From contig JAPDFW010000122.1 of the NCBI GenBank assembly GCA_028826165.1, forward strand, positions 62,001-126,000: 64,000 nt of DNA. The letters are read 5' to 3'. The stretch is from Anaeramoeba ignava BMAN. Its lineage: Eukaryota; Protista; Anaeramoebae. The notes under the pieces were generated by a model. That model saw only the letters and a program-made list of their open reading frames with translations, did not search any database and was not told the DNA's origin. Of the stretch, positions 53,196 to 64,000 are shown in pieces. The position numbers were made by a program, and so were the translations under genes. Numbering within the stretch: position 1 is the stretch's first letter; every line of letters starts with the position of its first letter.

Positions 53196-54890
53196 TTAAT
53201 TTTGTTTTTGTTTTTGTTCTAAAAAAATTTTATTTACTTTTGTTTCTAAATTTGGTTCATTTTCATTTAATTGAAAATAATCCATTGCTTTTGATAAATC
53301 TTCAATTACATTTTCATTAATAAATTGATAATATTTTTCTTCAATTTCATCTAAATATAAATAATCAATTAAAATTTTTAAAGAGATCAAAGATAAACCA
53401 CTGTAATCACTAACTTGATTAGAATCATCATTAATAACCGATAAAAACATTCCTCTAAATAATTCGCTTCTTGCCCACAAAACCAATTTATGAACTTTAA
53501 TGTTTTCAGAATCAGATTTAATAATAAAATCTTTGCTTTCTTCATCATTTCTCATTTTTAAAAAATTCTCTTTTAGGGAAAATTTGACATCAAAAAGAAA
53601 ATCTGTCATTTCTAATTTTCGTAGTTTTTCTTGAAGATCTTCATTCAAATATATTTTTGCATATAAATATTTAAGAACATTCATTGCTTCTTGAGTATTT
53701 AATTGGTTCAGAACTTGTTTTAAATTAGAAATGTTGTTTTCGCCAATAACATGTTTTAATAATAAATAATGACAACCGATTTTACCGTCGATTGTGTTAA
53801 TTTGAATATCACAAGCCTCTTGATTATCCAAAAAATTCAACAAATCCAAATCAAGTGAAGAAGAGGAAGAAAAATACAGGAAAGAATTAAAAGCACCTGC
53901 AGAAACACGGCAGTATTGGAGCTCATGAACAAGCTCAGGGATATGTATTTGTATCGGTTTTGTAGCTGAATCATAATTATTGCTTCCTAATTGTCCACTT
54001 GAATTAATTCCAAAAACGAATAACTTATTGGATCGTGTCAATACAAGTGTATGAAAACAACCACTATCAACATCAATAATATCTTCATCTTGCAGAGAAT
54101 CAATGTGAGCAAAAAACTTTTGGTGGGTGTCCAAGCCTAATCCATTAAAAGCATAATCACCACAACCGTAAATTTGAGATTTTCCATTGTTTTTAACAAG
54201 CATAATTGATTGTTCAAATCCTGTTATAATTTTAATAATCTCTCCCTTTGGAATATTTTCCACAGGATGATTGAAAACTTCATCTTTAATATCACCAATT
54301 CCAAGAGAAAACGTTCGGTTAAAACCAGAAACAAATAGTTTATTATTATTCATCAACATCCACAAACAATAGGCATAATTCCCAGCAAAAATATTTTTCA
54401 CGTCAGATTTGATAAGAACTGGAGAATTACAAACAGAAGGTTTATCCAATCCAAATTGATGTTGAGAATTTCTTCCATAACCATAAACATTTCCATTCTC
54501 GCTAAGCATATAAGTTTGATAAACTCCACAAACAACTTTGATTATTTTTTCTTTTTGAATTTTTGGATCAAATATTTTTTTCACTTTTTCGTTGCTTTCT
54601 TCATCTTGTAAATTTCCATTCGAATAAACTTCCCCGTTCTCAGTAAGTAATAAATATCCGTTGTAACTTACTGATGCCATTATGATTTTACAATCAATTT
54701 GGATTTCTTCTTCTTTTTGGTTTTTAATTTGTAGTGCTTTTCCGTTTTTTTGGATTATAATTATATTATTATTTCCACTTGATAAACTTTGAACTCCAAA
54801 TTCATGTGAATAAAAAACTTTTTTTGGTGTTAAAGCACCATTACTTGAAAAACCTTGAGGAGAACCCCAAAACCAAACTTCATCTTGCAT
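53196..54890 (-). CDS. RCC1-repeat + BTB/POZ domain protein
   Basis: RCC1 repeats (VYGYGRNSQHQFG, SGCFHTLVL, FGINSSGQLG) and two BTB-like domains (KVHKLVLWARSELFRGMF). Confidence 0.9.
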   Translation of the reverse strand: MQDEVWFWGSPQGFSSNGALTPKKVFYSHEFGVQSLSSGNNNIIIIQKNGKALQIKNQKEEEIQIDCKIIMASVSYNGYLLLTENGEVYSNGNLQDEESNEKVKKIFDPKIQKEKIIKVVCGVYQTYMLSENGNVYGYGRNSQHQFGLDKPSVCNSPVLIKSDVKNIFAGNYAYCLWMLMNNNKLFVSGFNRTFSLGIGDIKDEVFNHPVENIPKGEIIKIITGFEQSIMLVKNNGKSQIYGCGDYAFNGLGLDTHQKFFAHIDSLQDEDIIDVDSGCFHTLVLTRSNKLFVFGINSSGQLGSNNYDSATKPIQIHIPELVHELQYCRVSAGAFNSFLYFSSSSSLDLDLLNFLDNQEACDIQINTIDGKIGCHYLLLKHVIGENNISNLKQVLNQLNTQEAMNVLKYLYAKIYLNEDLQEKLRKLEMTDFLFDVKFSLKENFLKMRNDEESKDFIIKSDSENIKVHKLVLWARSELFRGMFLSVINDDSNQVSDYSGLSLISLKILIDYLYLDEIEEKYYQFINENVIEDLSKAMDYFQLNENEPNLETKVNKIFLEQKQKQN

Positions 54891-55093
54891 TTTTATATTT
54901 TTTTTTTATAAATTAGGGAAAAAAATGAAAAAAATGAAAAAAATGAAAAAAGGAAAAAAATTTAAAAAAAAAAAAGGAAAAAGATTTTCATCAAATTTTT
55001 GTTTTGAAATGTTCTTGTTTTTCTTAAATTATAAAAATTTTTTTTTTCATTTTTTTCATTTTTTTCATTTTTTTCTTCTTTTTTTTTTAAGTG

Positions 55094-58000
55094 ATGTCAC
55101 AATCAGATTTTAATCCACACACAGCTCTTGGTTCACATCGATGGCAAGCTTTCCTTTTATCTTTATTATTCTTATTTTTTGGTTTAATTTCTTTATCAAT
55201 ACTTTTTTATCAATTCATTACAAGGTATTTTTAAAAAGATTCCGAATAAAAAGAAGAAAAAGAAAAAAAATTTTTTTTCTCTTTGATTTAATAAGATTAT
55301 ATTATAAATAAATTTATAAATAATTTTACAAATAATTTTACAAATAATTTTACAAATAATTTTACAAATAATTTTATAAATAATTTTATAAATAATTTTA
55401 TAAATAATTTTATAAATAATTTTATAAATAATTTTATAAATAATTTTACAAATAATTTTATAAATAATTTTATAAATAATTTTATAAATAATTTTATAAA
55501 TAATTTTATAAATAATTTTATAAATAATTTTATAAATAATTTTATATAATTTTATAAATAATTTTATAAATAAATTTAATTTAATTTTAAATAATTTTAT
55601 AAATAATTTTATAAATAATTTTATAAAATAATTTTATAAATAATTTTATAAATAATTTTATAAATAATTTTTATAAATAATTTTATAAATAATTTTATAA
55701 ATAATTTTATAAATAATTTTATAAATAATTTTATAAATAATTTTATAAATAATTTTACAAATAATTTTATAAATAATTTTATAAATAATTTTATAAATAA
55801 TTTTATAAATAATTTTATAAATAATTTTATAAATAATTTTATAAATAATTTTATAAATAATTTTATAAATAATTTTATAAATAATTTTATAAATAATTTT
55901 ATAAATAATTTTTATATTTAATTTTATAATTAATTTTATAATTAATATTTATTTAAAATAATAATTTTATAATTAATTATTTATAAATAATTTTATAAAT
56001 AATTTTATAAATAATTTTATAAATAATTTTATAAATAATTTTATAAATAATTTTATTAATAATTTTATAAATAATTTTATAAATAATTTTATAAATAATT
56101 TTATAAATAAATTTTATAAATAATTTTATAAATAATTTTATAAATAATTTTATAAATAATTTTATAAATAATTTTATAAATATTTTATGTTAATTTTATA
56201 AATAATTTTATAAATAATTTTATAAATAATTTTATAAATAATTTTATAAATAATTTTATAAATAATTTTATATTTAATTTAATAAATAATTTTATATTTA
56301 ATTTTATAAAATAATTTTATATTTAATTTTACAAATAATTTTATAAATAATTTTTAAAATAATTTTATAAAATAATTTTATAAATAATTTTATAAATAAT
56401 TTTATAAATAATTTTATAAATAATTTTTATAAATAATTTTTATAATTAATTTTTATAAATAATTTTATAAAATAATTTGTATAAATAATTTTATAAATAA
56501 TTTTATATTTAATTTAAGATTATATTATAAATAAATTTATAAATAATTTTATAAATAATTTTATAAATAATTTTATAAATAATTTTATAAATAATTTTAT
56601 AATTAATTTTATAATTAATTTTATAATTAATTTTATATATAATTTTATAAATAATTTTATAAATAATTTTATTTTATAAATAATTTTATAAATAATTTTA
56701 TAAATAATTTAATAAATAATTTTATAAATAATTTAATAAATAATTTAATAATTTTATAATTAATTTTATAAATAATTTTTATAAATAATTTTATAAATAA
56801 TTTTTATAAATAATTTTATAAATAATTTTATAAATAATTTTATAAATAATTTTATATATATAATTTTATAAATAATTTTATAAATAATTTTATATTTAAT
56901 TTTATAAATAATTTTATAAATAATTTTATAATTAATTTAATAAATAATTTTATAAATAATTTTATAAATAAATAAATAATAATTTTATAAATAATTTTAT
57001 AATTAATTTTATAAATAATTTTATAAATAATTTTATAAATAATTTTATAATTAATTTTATAAATAATTTTTAAATAATTTTATAAATAATTTTATAAATA
57101 ATTTTATAAATAATTTTATAAATAATTTTATATAAATAATTTTATAAATAATTTTATAAATAATTTTATAAAATAATTTTATAAATAATTTTATAAATAA
57201 TTTTTATAAATAATTTTATAAAAATAATTTTTTATAAATAATTTTATAAAAATAATTTTATAAATAATTTTATAAATTTTTATAAATAATTTTATAAATA
57301 ATTTTATAAATAATTTTATAAATAATTTTATATTTAATTTTATAAATAATTTTATAAAATAATTTTATAAAATAATTTTATAAATAATTTTATAAATAAT
57401 TTTATAAATAATTTTATAAATAATTTTATAAATAATTTTATAAATAATTTTATAAAATAATTTTATAAATAATTTTATAAATAATTTTATAAATAATTTA
57501 ATAATTTTATAAATAATTTTATAAATAATTTTATAAATAATTTATATTTAATTTAATAAATAATTTTATAAATAATTTTATAATTAATTTTAATAAATAA
57601 TTTTATAAATAATTTTATAAATAATTTTATAAAATAATTTTATAAATAATTTTATAAATAATTTTATAAATAATTTTATAAATAATTTTATAAATAATTT
57701 AATAAATAATTTTATAAATAATTTAATAAATAATTTTATAAATAATTTTTATTTAATTTAATAAATAATTTTATAAATAATTTTTATATAATTTTATAAT
57801 TAATTTTTAATTTAATAAATAATTTTATAATTTTATAAAATAATTTTATAAATAATTTTATAAATAATTTTATAAATAATTTAATAAATAATTTTTGTAA
57901 ATAATATTATAAATAATTTAATAAATAATTTTATAAATAATTTTATAAATAATTTTTATAAATAATTTTATAAATAATTTTTATAATTAATTTTATAAAT

Positions 58001-59245
58001 AATTTTATAAATAATTTAATAAATAATTTTATAAATAATTTTATAAATAATTTTATAAATAATTTTATAAATAATTTTATAAATAATTTTATAAATAATT
58101 TTATAAATAATTTTATAAATAATTTTATAAATAATTTTATAAATAATTTTATAAATAATTTTATAAATAATTTTATAAATAATTTTATAAATAATTTTAT
58201 AAATAATTTTATATTTAATTTTATAAATAATTTTATATTTAATTTTATAATTAATTTTATAATTAATTTTATAAATAATTTTATATTTAATTTTATAATT
58301 AATTTTGTTTAAATTTAAAAGGAAAAAATATCGATATAATGAAACTGGCGTATTTTATTTTGCAACTTTGATTTTGTCAACTATTTTCCTTCTATGGGAA
58401 TGGATTATTAGTTTCTTTACACTTCCTTGGAGTTATGATGCAATAGCTTATCTTTTTCATCATTACATCCCTTTATTTTTACAATTTGGAATGTAAAATT
58501 ATATTTAAAAATTTATAAATTAAATTAAAATTTATATCGAATTTTTAGGTTTTCAATCTTCGTTTTATTCATTTTGAAGATTTATTACTTCATCCAAAAC
58601 AAACAAAACAAATTTAAAATTTTCTTTCGAATTTATCTTCTTATAGTTTTCTTACTTTTTTGTATAATGTATGCAGTTTGTGTGATTCTTGATTCTTATG
58701 AAGGAAGATCATATCAAAAAACATTCAACGAATTATCAGCCATTTTAATCGGAATTTTTGTTATTATTTTTACAATAATCTCAATTAAAATTGGAATTGT
58801 TCTCAAAGATTTTGGAACTGTTCAACATAAAACAAGTCGGAAAATTAAAATTTTTTCCGTTTTCTTATTTATATATTTGTCAGTTTTTATTTTTCGGATG
58901 TTTTGGTTGATTTTTGATTTATCAGATGCTAATACACTTTATGACAACATGAAAAATTGGGAAAATGATGGCGATTCAAGATATTATACTGCTAATCTCA
59001 TTCTTCGCGGATTTCTTGAATTAGTTCCAACAATTATTATTGTAACTATTTTCCATTTTGGAGTTATGAAAAGAAAAAAAATATCAGAGTTACTTGATTC
59101 AGAAAAAAATTCTTTAGTCGCTCCAAAAGTTACAATTCAATCTCGTCATTCAAATTCTTCAAGTCTTTTATGTTGTGGTTGTTGTCATAAAAAATCTGTT
59201 TGGAAAGAATCAAATAATGAGTTTCTTGATGAAGATCTTTTTTAA
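55094..59245 (+). CDS. Seven-TM protein, GPR137/TM7SF1 (TOM1)-like
   Basis: Exons 55094-55224, 58322-58492, 58549-59245. About 7 hydrophobic helices, IPLFLQFGMFS, ELVPT, Cys-rich tail CCGCC. Confidence 0.72.
55225..58321 (+). repeat. 3097-nt intron filled by 12-bp satellite (ATAAATAATTTT)n
   Basis: Reverse complement of the sirtuin-intron unit; GT at 55225 and AG at 58320-58321 keep the frame. Confidence 0.9.
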
Positions 59246-59443
59246 TTCAATTTAGTTCCAAATTTTGTTAATTGATTGTCTTTTTTTTTTGTTCTTTTTC
59301 TTTTTCTTTTTCTTTTTCTCAATTTGATTTGGAAAAAGAAAATACGTTTTTTTTCTAACTTTTGATAATGATTTAATCAAAAAAAAAAAAATTTTAAAAT
59401 TATTTTTCATTTTTTCTTTTTTTAAAAATAATCATTTCGAAAA

Positions 59444-62400
59444 ATGAATCTTTTTTCTCTCATTTTATTTCTGTTTTTATTCTATCTTTCTTTTTGTTCT
59501 AGAATTCATATTGACCCAAAAATTCATCCTTTTTACTTTCAAAATCAACTCTCAAAACAAATTCCAGAACATTTTATAATTGATTCAAAATCAATCCAAA
59601 AGAAAATTTCAAACAAAAATAAATCACTTACATATTTATCAGCAATTATCAATTTACGAAATGAAGAAATGGATGAAAAAAAGCAAAAATCAAAGAAAAA
59701 AACGAAAAAAATCAATCAATTAAAAGCAAAAATTTATTTTATCAAACCTTCTATTGTTAGATTGAAAATATCAGAAAATCAACCAATCCAAAAAAGATAT
59801 AAATGTTCAGAAGCTCTTCAAGAGAATTCTTTTGAATATCATACATTCAAAATGGATTTACAAGAAGATTATGTTGAAATCATTATTGATGGAGAAGATA
59901 ATATCAATTACAATAATGAGGAAAATGTTATCTCTGTTAAACTTTTCTTCAATCCTTTTAATATTCTTGTTAAAAATCAAGATTTCCCACTTTTCTCAAT
60001 TAATTCTGATTCTTTATTGAGATTTGAGAATGACCAAGAAAATGATTTGGAATCAATTGCAATAGATACTGCTTTTATTAATTCCCATAAAGTTTATGGA
60101 ATTCCAGAAAGACCAACAGATGATTTACATTTAAAAAATACAACAAAAGAAAATCCTTTAATTTTATTTAGTTGTGATGCTGGAAGATATTCAATTAATT
60201 CAGGAGACTCTTTGTATGGAAATGTTCCTATGGCTATTGGTATTCATGATATTTCGGATCGATCTGAAATTATAAATCCAAGAACATCTTCAATATTTTG
60301 GATGAATTCTTCAGAAACTTATGTTGATATTGAAGATTGTGAAATTAAATATGAAAAGGATAATCTAAATACGCAAGGAAAAAGACTTTATTGGAATAGT
60401 CAATGTGGATATTTAAAATTTATAATTTAAAATTTATTCAATTTATTCAATTTATTATTTATTATTTAGGTGGGAATATTGATATTTTTTTGCTAACTGG
60501 AAAAAATAATAATCCAAAATTCATTTGGAATCAATATTTCACAATTACTGGTTATCCAATGTTTCCTCCTTTATTTTCTATCGGATATAATCAATGCCGT
60601 TGGAATTACTACACTCAAAAAGAATGCTATGATATCAATGATACATTCAATAAACACAATATCCCTTATGATGTTTTATGGCTTGATATCGATCATACAG
60701 ATGAAAAAAAATACTTCACTTTTGATAAATCAAATTTCCCGAATCCTAAAAAATTACAACAAGATTTAAATTTAGATGGTCGAAAAACTATTGTGATTGT
60801 GGATCCTCATATTAAAGTTGATGAATCATGGGAAGTTTATAAACAAGGGAAAAAAGATTCATTATTTATTCTAGATTCAGATGGAAAAGAAGAATTTATT
60901 GGTTCATGTTGGCCAGGGTATTTTTACTTTATATATATAAATATATAAATATAAATAATGAAAATTAATTTGGAATTTATTAAAAAAAAAAATAGGAAAT
61001 CTGCTTGGGTTGATTTTTTAAATCCAAAAGGTAATTTTTATATTTTTTGTTTTTAAATTAAAATTCCAAAAAAAAATAATTTTTTGTTCCACTTTTTTTT
61101 TGTTTTTTTTTAAGCTGTTGATTGGTGGACTTCTTTATTTAGTTATGAAAATCACAAAGATTCAACACCAAATCTTTTTGTTTGGAATGTAAAACAATAT
61201 TTTTTTTTTGGAATTAAAATTAAAATTAAAATTAAAATATTCAAAATAAAAAGGATATGAATGAACCAGCAATTTTTCACGCCCCACGCAAAACAATTCC
61301 TGAGAAGGCAAAACATTGGGGAGGAGTGAACCATCGAGATCTTCATAATGCGTATGGATTGTTAATGCACAAATCAACATATCAAGGACTTCTTGAAAGA
61401 GAAGAAGATAAGAACCGAAGACCTTTTGTTTTAACTCGTTCATTTTTTGCCGGATCGCAAAAATTTTCAGCAGTTTGGACTGGAGACAACACCTCGCAAT
61501 GGGACCACTTAAAAGCAACACCCTCGATGATAGCTAATTTGAATCTTGCAGGCATTCCCTTTAGTGGGGCTGATACTGGTGGTTTTTTCGATGATCCAAC
61601 TCCAGAACTTTTTGTCCGTTGGTTCCAATTAGGATCTCTTCATCCCTTCTTTAGAGGTCACTCTCACCACAGAGCAAACAAGAAAGAGCCTTGGGTTTTC
61701 GGGGATCCTTATACTTCTCTTGTCAGAAATGCTATCCAAACAAGATATAAATTGATTCCACTTTTTTACACTTTGTTCTATCAGTCTTCAAAATTTGGAT
61801 TTCCAATAATTCGTCCTTTGTGGCTTGAATTTGGATTTGATTCCATAACTTCCAAAGATAATATCGAGAACTCTTCGTTTATGATAGGTGATTCCCTTTT
61901 ATGCTATCCTATTCTTGAACCAAATAGCAAAATTAAATCTATTCTTTTACCACGAAATTCTGTTTGTTATGATTTTTTCACGCATTACAAATATGTGGGG
62001 AATGGTAAGGAATTCTTTCTTCTGTGCAATCTCTCAACAACTCCTATTTACATTCGTGGGGGTTCTATTGTTCCATTGAGGAGAAATGTTGAAGCTAAAA
62101 AAAGTGGAACAGAAATGATGTTTGATCCTTTATTGATTCTTATTGCTCTTGATAACAACATGAATTCCCAAGGATTTTTGTATCAAGATGATGGTGTTTC
62201 TTTTAATTACCAAACGAAGAATGAGTTTATTTATCAAAGTTTTACATTTAGTGAATTTTGTCTTGATTCAAAAAATTTAAATAATCAAAAAGAACAAAAA
62301 ATTCCAGAAAAATTTCAACTTGAAATTGAAGAGATTGTGATTTTAGGAATTCCTTATTCTGTTAATGTTAATGGGATTACAAGTGATTATCATAATGAAG

Positions 62401-62525
62401 ATATAGAATTTGAAAAGTATCAAGTTGAGCATGGGAATGAAAGTTATCAAAAGATTGTTATTAAGAATGTTAATTTACGAATTGGGGATGATTGGAAATT
62501 AAGACTAAATTTAAAAACCGATTAA
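59444..62525 (+). CDS. GH31 alpha-glucosidase (glucosidase II alpha subunit-like), signal peptide
   Basis: Exons 59444-60404, 60470-60917, 60996-61030, 61115-61188, 61254-62525. GYNQCRWNY, WLDIDHT, CWPG, catalytic WNDMNEP, WTGDN, GADTGGF. Confidence 0.93.
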
Positions 62526-62534
62526 AACCCGATT

Positions 62535-63585
62535 AAAACAGAATTTTAAACAGAATTTTAAACAGAATTTTAAACAGAATTTTAAACAGAATTTTAAAAA
62601 GAATTTAAAACAGAATTTTAAACAGAATTTAAACAAAATTTTAAACAGAATTTAAACAGAATTTAAAACAGAATTTTAAACATAATTTTAAAAAGAATTT
62701 TAAACAGAATTTAAAACAGAATTTTAAACAGAATTTTAAAACAATTTAATAATTTTAAAAGAATTTAAACAGAATTTAAACAGAATTTAATAATTTTAAT
62801 ACATCAATTTAAAACAAAATTTTATTAATCAATTTTAAACAGAATTTTAAACAGAATTTAATAATCAATTTATTAATCAATTTAATAATCAATTTAATAA
62901 TCAATTTAATAATCAATTTATTAATCAATTTATTAATCAATTTATTAATCAATTTATTAATTAATTTATTAATCAATTTATTAATTAATTTATTAATTAA
63001 TTTAATAATCAATTTATTAATTAATTTAATAATCAATTTATTAATCAATTTATTAATCAATTAATTTATTAATCAATTTAATAATCAATTTATTAATCAA
63101 TTTAATAATCAATTTAATAATCAATTTATTAATCAATTTATTAATCAATTTAATAATCAATTTATTAATCAATTTAATAATCAATTTATTAATCAATTTA
63201 ATAATCAATTTAATAATCAATTTAATAATTAATTTAATAATCAATTTAATAACCAATTTATTAATTTATTAATTAATTTAATAATCAATTTATTAATCAA
63301 TTTAATAATTAATCAATTTAATAATCAATTTAATAATCAATTTAATAATCAATTTAATAATCAATTTAATAATCAATTTATTAATCAATTTAATAATCAA
63401 TTTAATAATCAATTTAATAATCAATTTAATAATCAATTTAATAATCAATTTATTAATCAATTTATTAATCAATTTATTAATCAATTTAATAATCAATTTA
63501 TTAATCAATTTAATAATCAATTTAATAATCAATTTAATAATCAATTTAATAATCAATTTAATAATCAATTTATTAATCAATTTAA
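62535..63585. repeat. Two consecutive intergenic 12-bp satellites, (AAACAGAATTTT)n then (TTAATAATCAAT)n
   Basis: Begins right after the glucosidase stop; unit switches at about 62860. Confidence 0.92.
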
Positions 63586-63727
63586 GAAAAATGGAATAAA
63601 TTAAGAATTAGGGAAAAAATAATAAAATTCAAAAAAAATGACTAATTTTTACAAAATATTGTTTTTTTTTAATTTTTTTTAATTTTTTTTAATTTCATTT
63701 TTTTCATTTTTTTCATTTTTTTTCTCT

Positions 63728-64000
63728 ATGCAAACAAGAGATAATCCATTAGAAGAAGACGATAAACCAATAAAAGCATTAGACGATGCAGATATTGAGC
63801 TTATCAAAGCTTATGGAGCAGGACCATACAATCAAAAAATCAAACAAACGGAAGAAGACATCAAAAAACTAATGCGAAATGTAGCATCATTAACGGGTAT
63901 AAAAAACATAAGAGAAAAGAAAAGAAAAAAAACAAGGAAGAAAATTAAGAGAAGAAAAACAACACAATAGGTATTAAAGAAAGCGATACAGGACTTGTAC
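63728..64000 (+). CDS. PSMC2: 26S proteasome regulatory ATPase Rpt1, 3' partial
   Basis: Exons 63728-63896 and 63971->64000: IKALDDADIELIKAYGAGPY...LTGIKESDTGL. Confidence 0.92.

Noticed and set aside
60400-60475. Non-canonical or U12-type intron in the glucosidase gene
   Set aside because: A GT(GGAT)-AG intron at 60405-60469 keeps the frame; I found no RTATCCTT donors in any reconstructed intron.

Overview
Very AT-rich, intron-containing eukaryotic DNA read with the standard code and GT-AG introns. An intron-containing pyruvate:ferredoxin oxidoreductase with a probable organellar presequence points to an anaerobic protist with hydrogenosome-like organelles; an Anaeramoeba-like metamonad is plausible but is inference only. 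I reconstructed 18 genes by hand: an ARM-repeat gene (5' partial), BET/GTE bromodomain protein, class IV sirtuin, CUE/UBA protein, GT13-like glycosyltransferase, STK11IP/nischarin-like LRR protein, RasGAP, PHB depolymerase, Mago nashi, APC1, Ras GTPase, LRMDA-like LRR protein, CS-Sel1 tail-anchored protein, PFO, RCC1-BTB protein, GPR137-like 7TM protein, GH31 glucosidase II alpha and proteasome Rpt1 (3' partial). The standout is a one-exon-one-repeat armadillo cassette array (1300-4098): near-identical phase-1 exon+intron units whose variation is concentrated at ligand-binding helix-3 residues and appears reshuffled, a candidate diversifying receptor system. Other notable items: kb-scale 11-12 bp satellites filling introns and tail-to-head spacers, a tandem TTTCATTTT Inr-like motif before most genes, an intron splitting the Ras stop codon that decides whether a CaaX box forms, a Tom36/ATOM69-like import receptor candidate next to PFO, and five single-base homopolymer frameshifts that are probably assembly errors.
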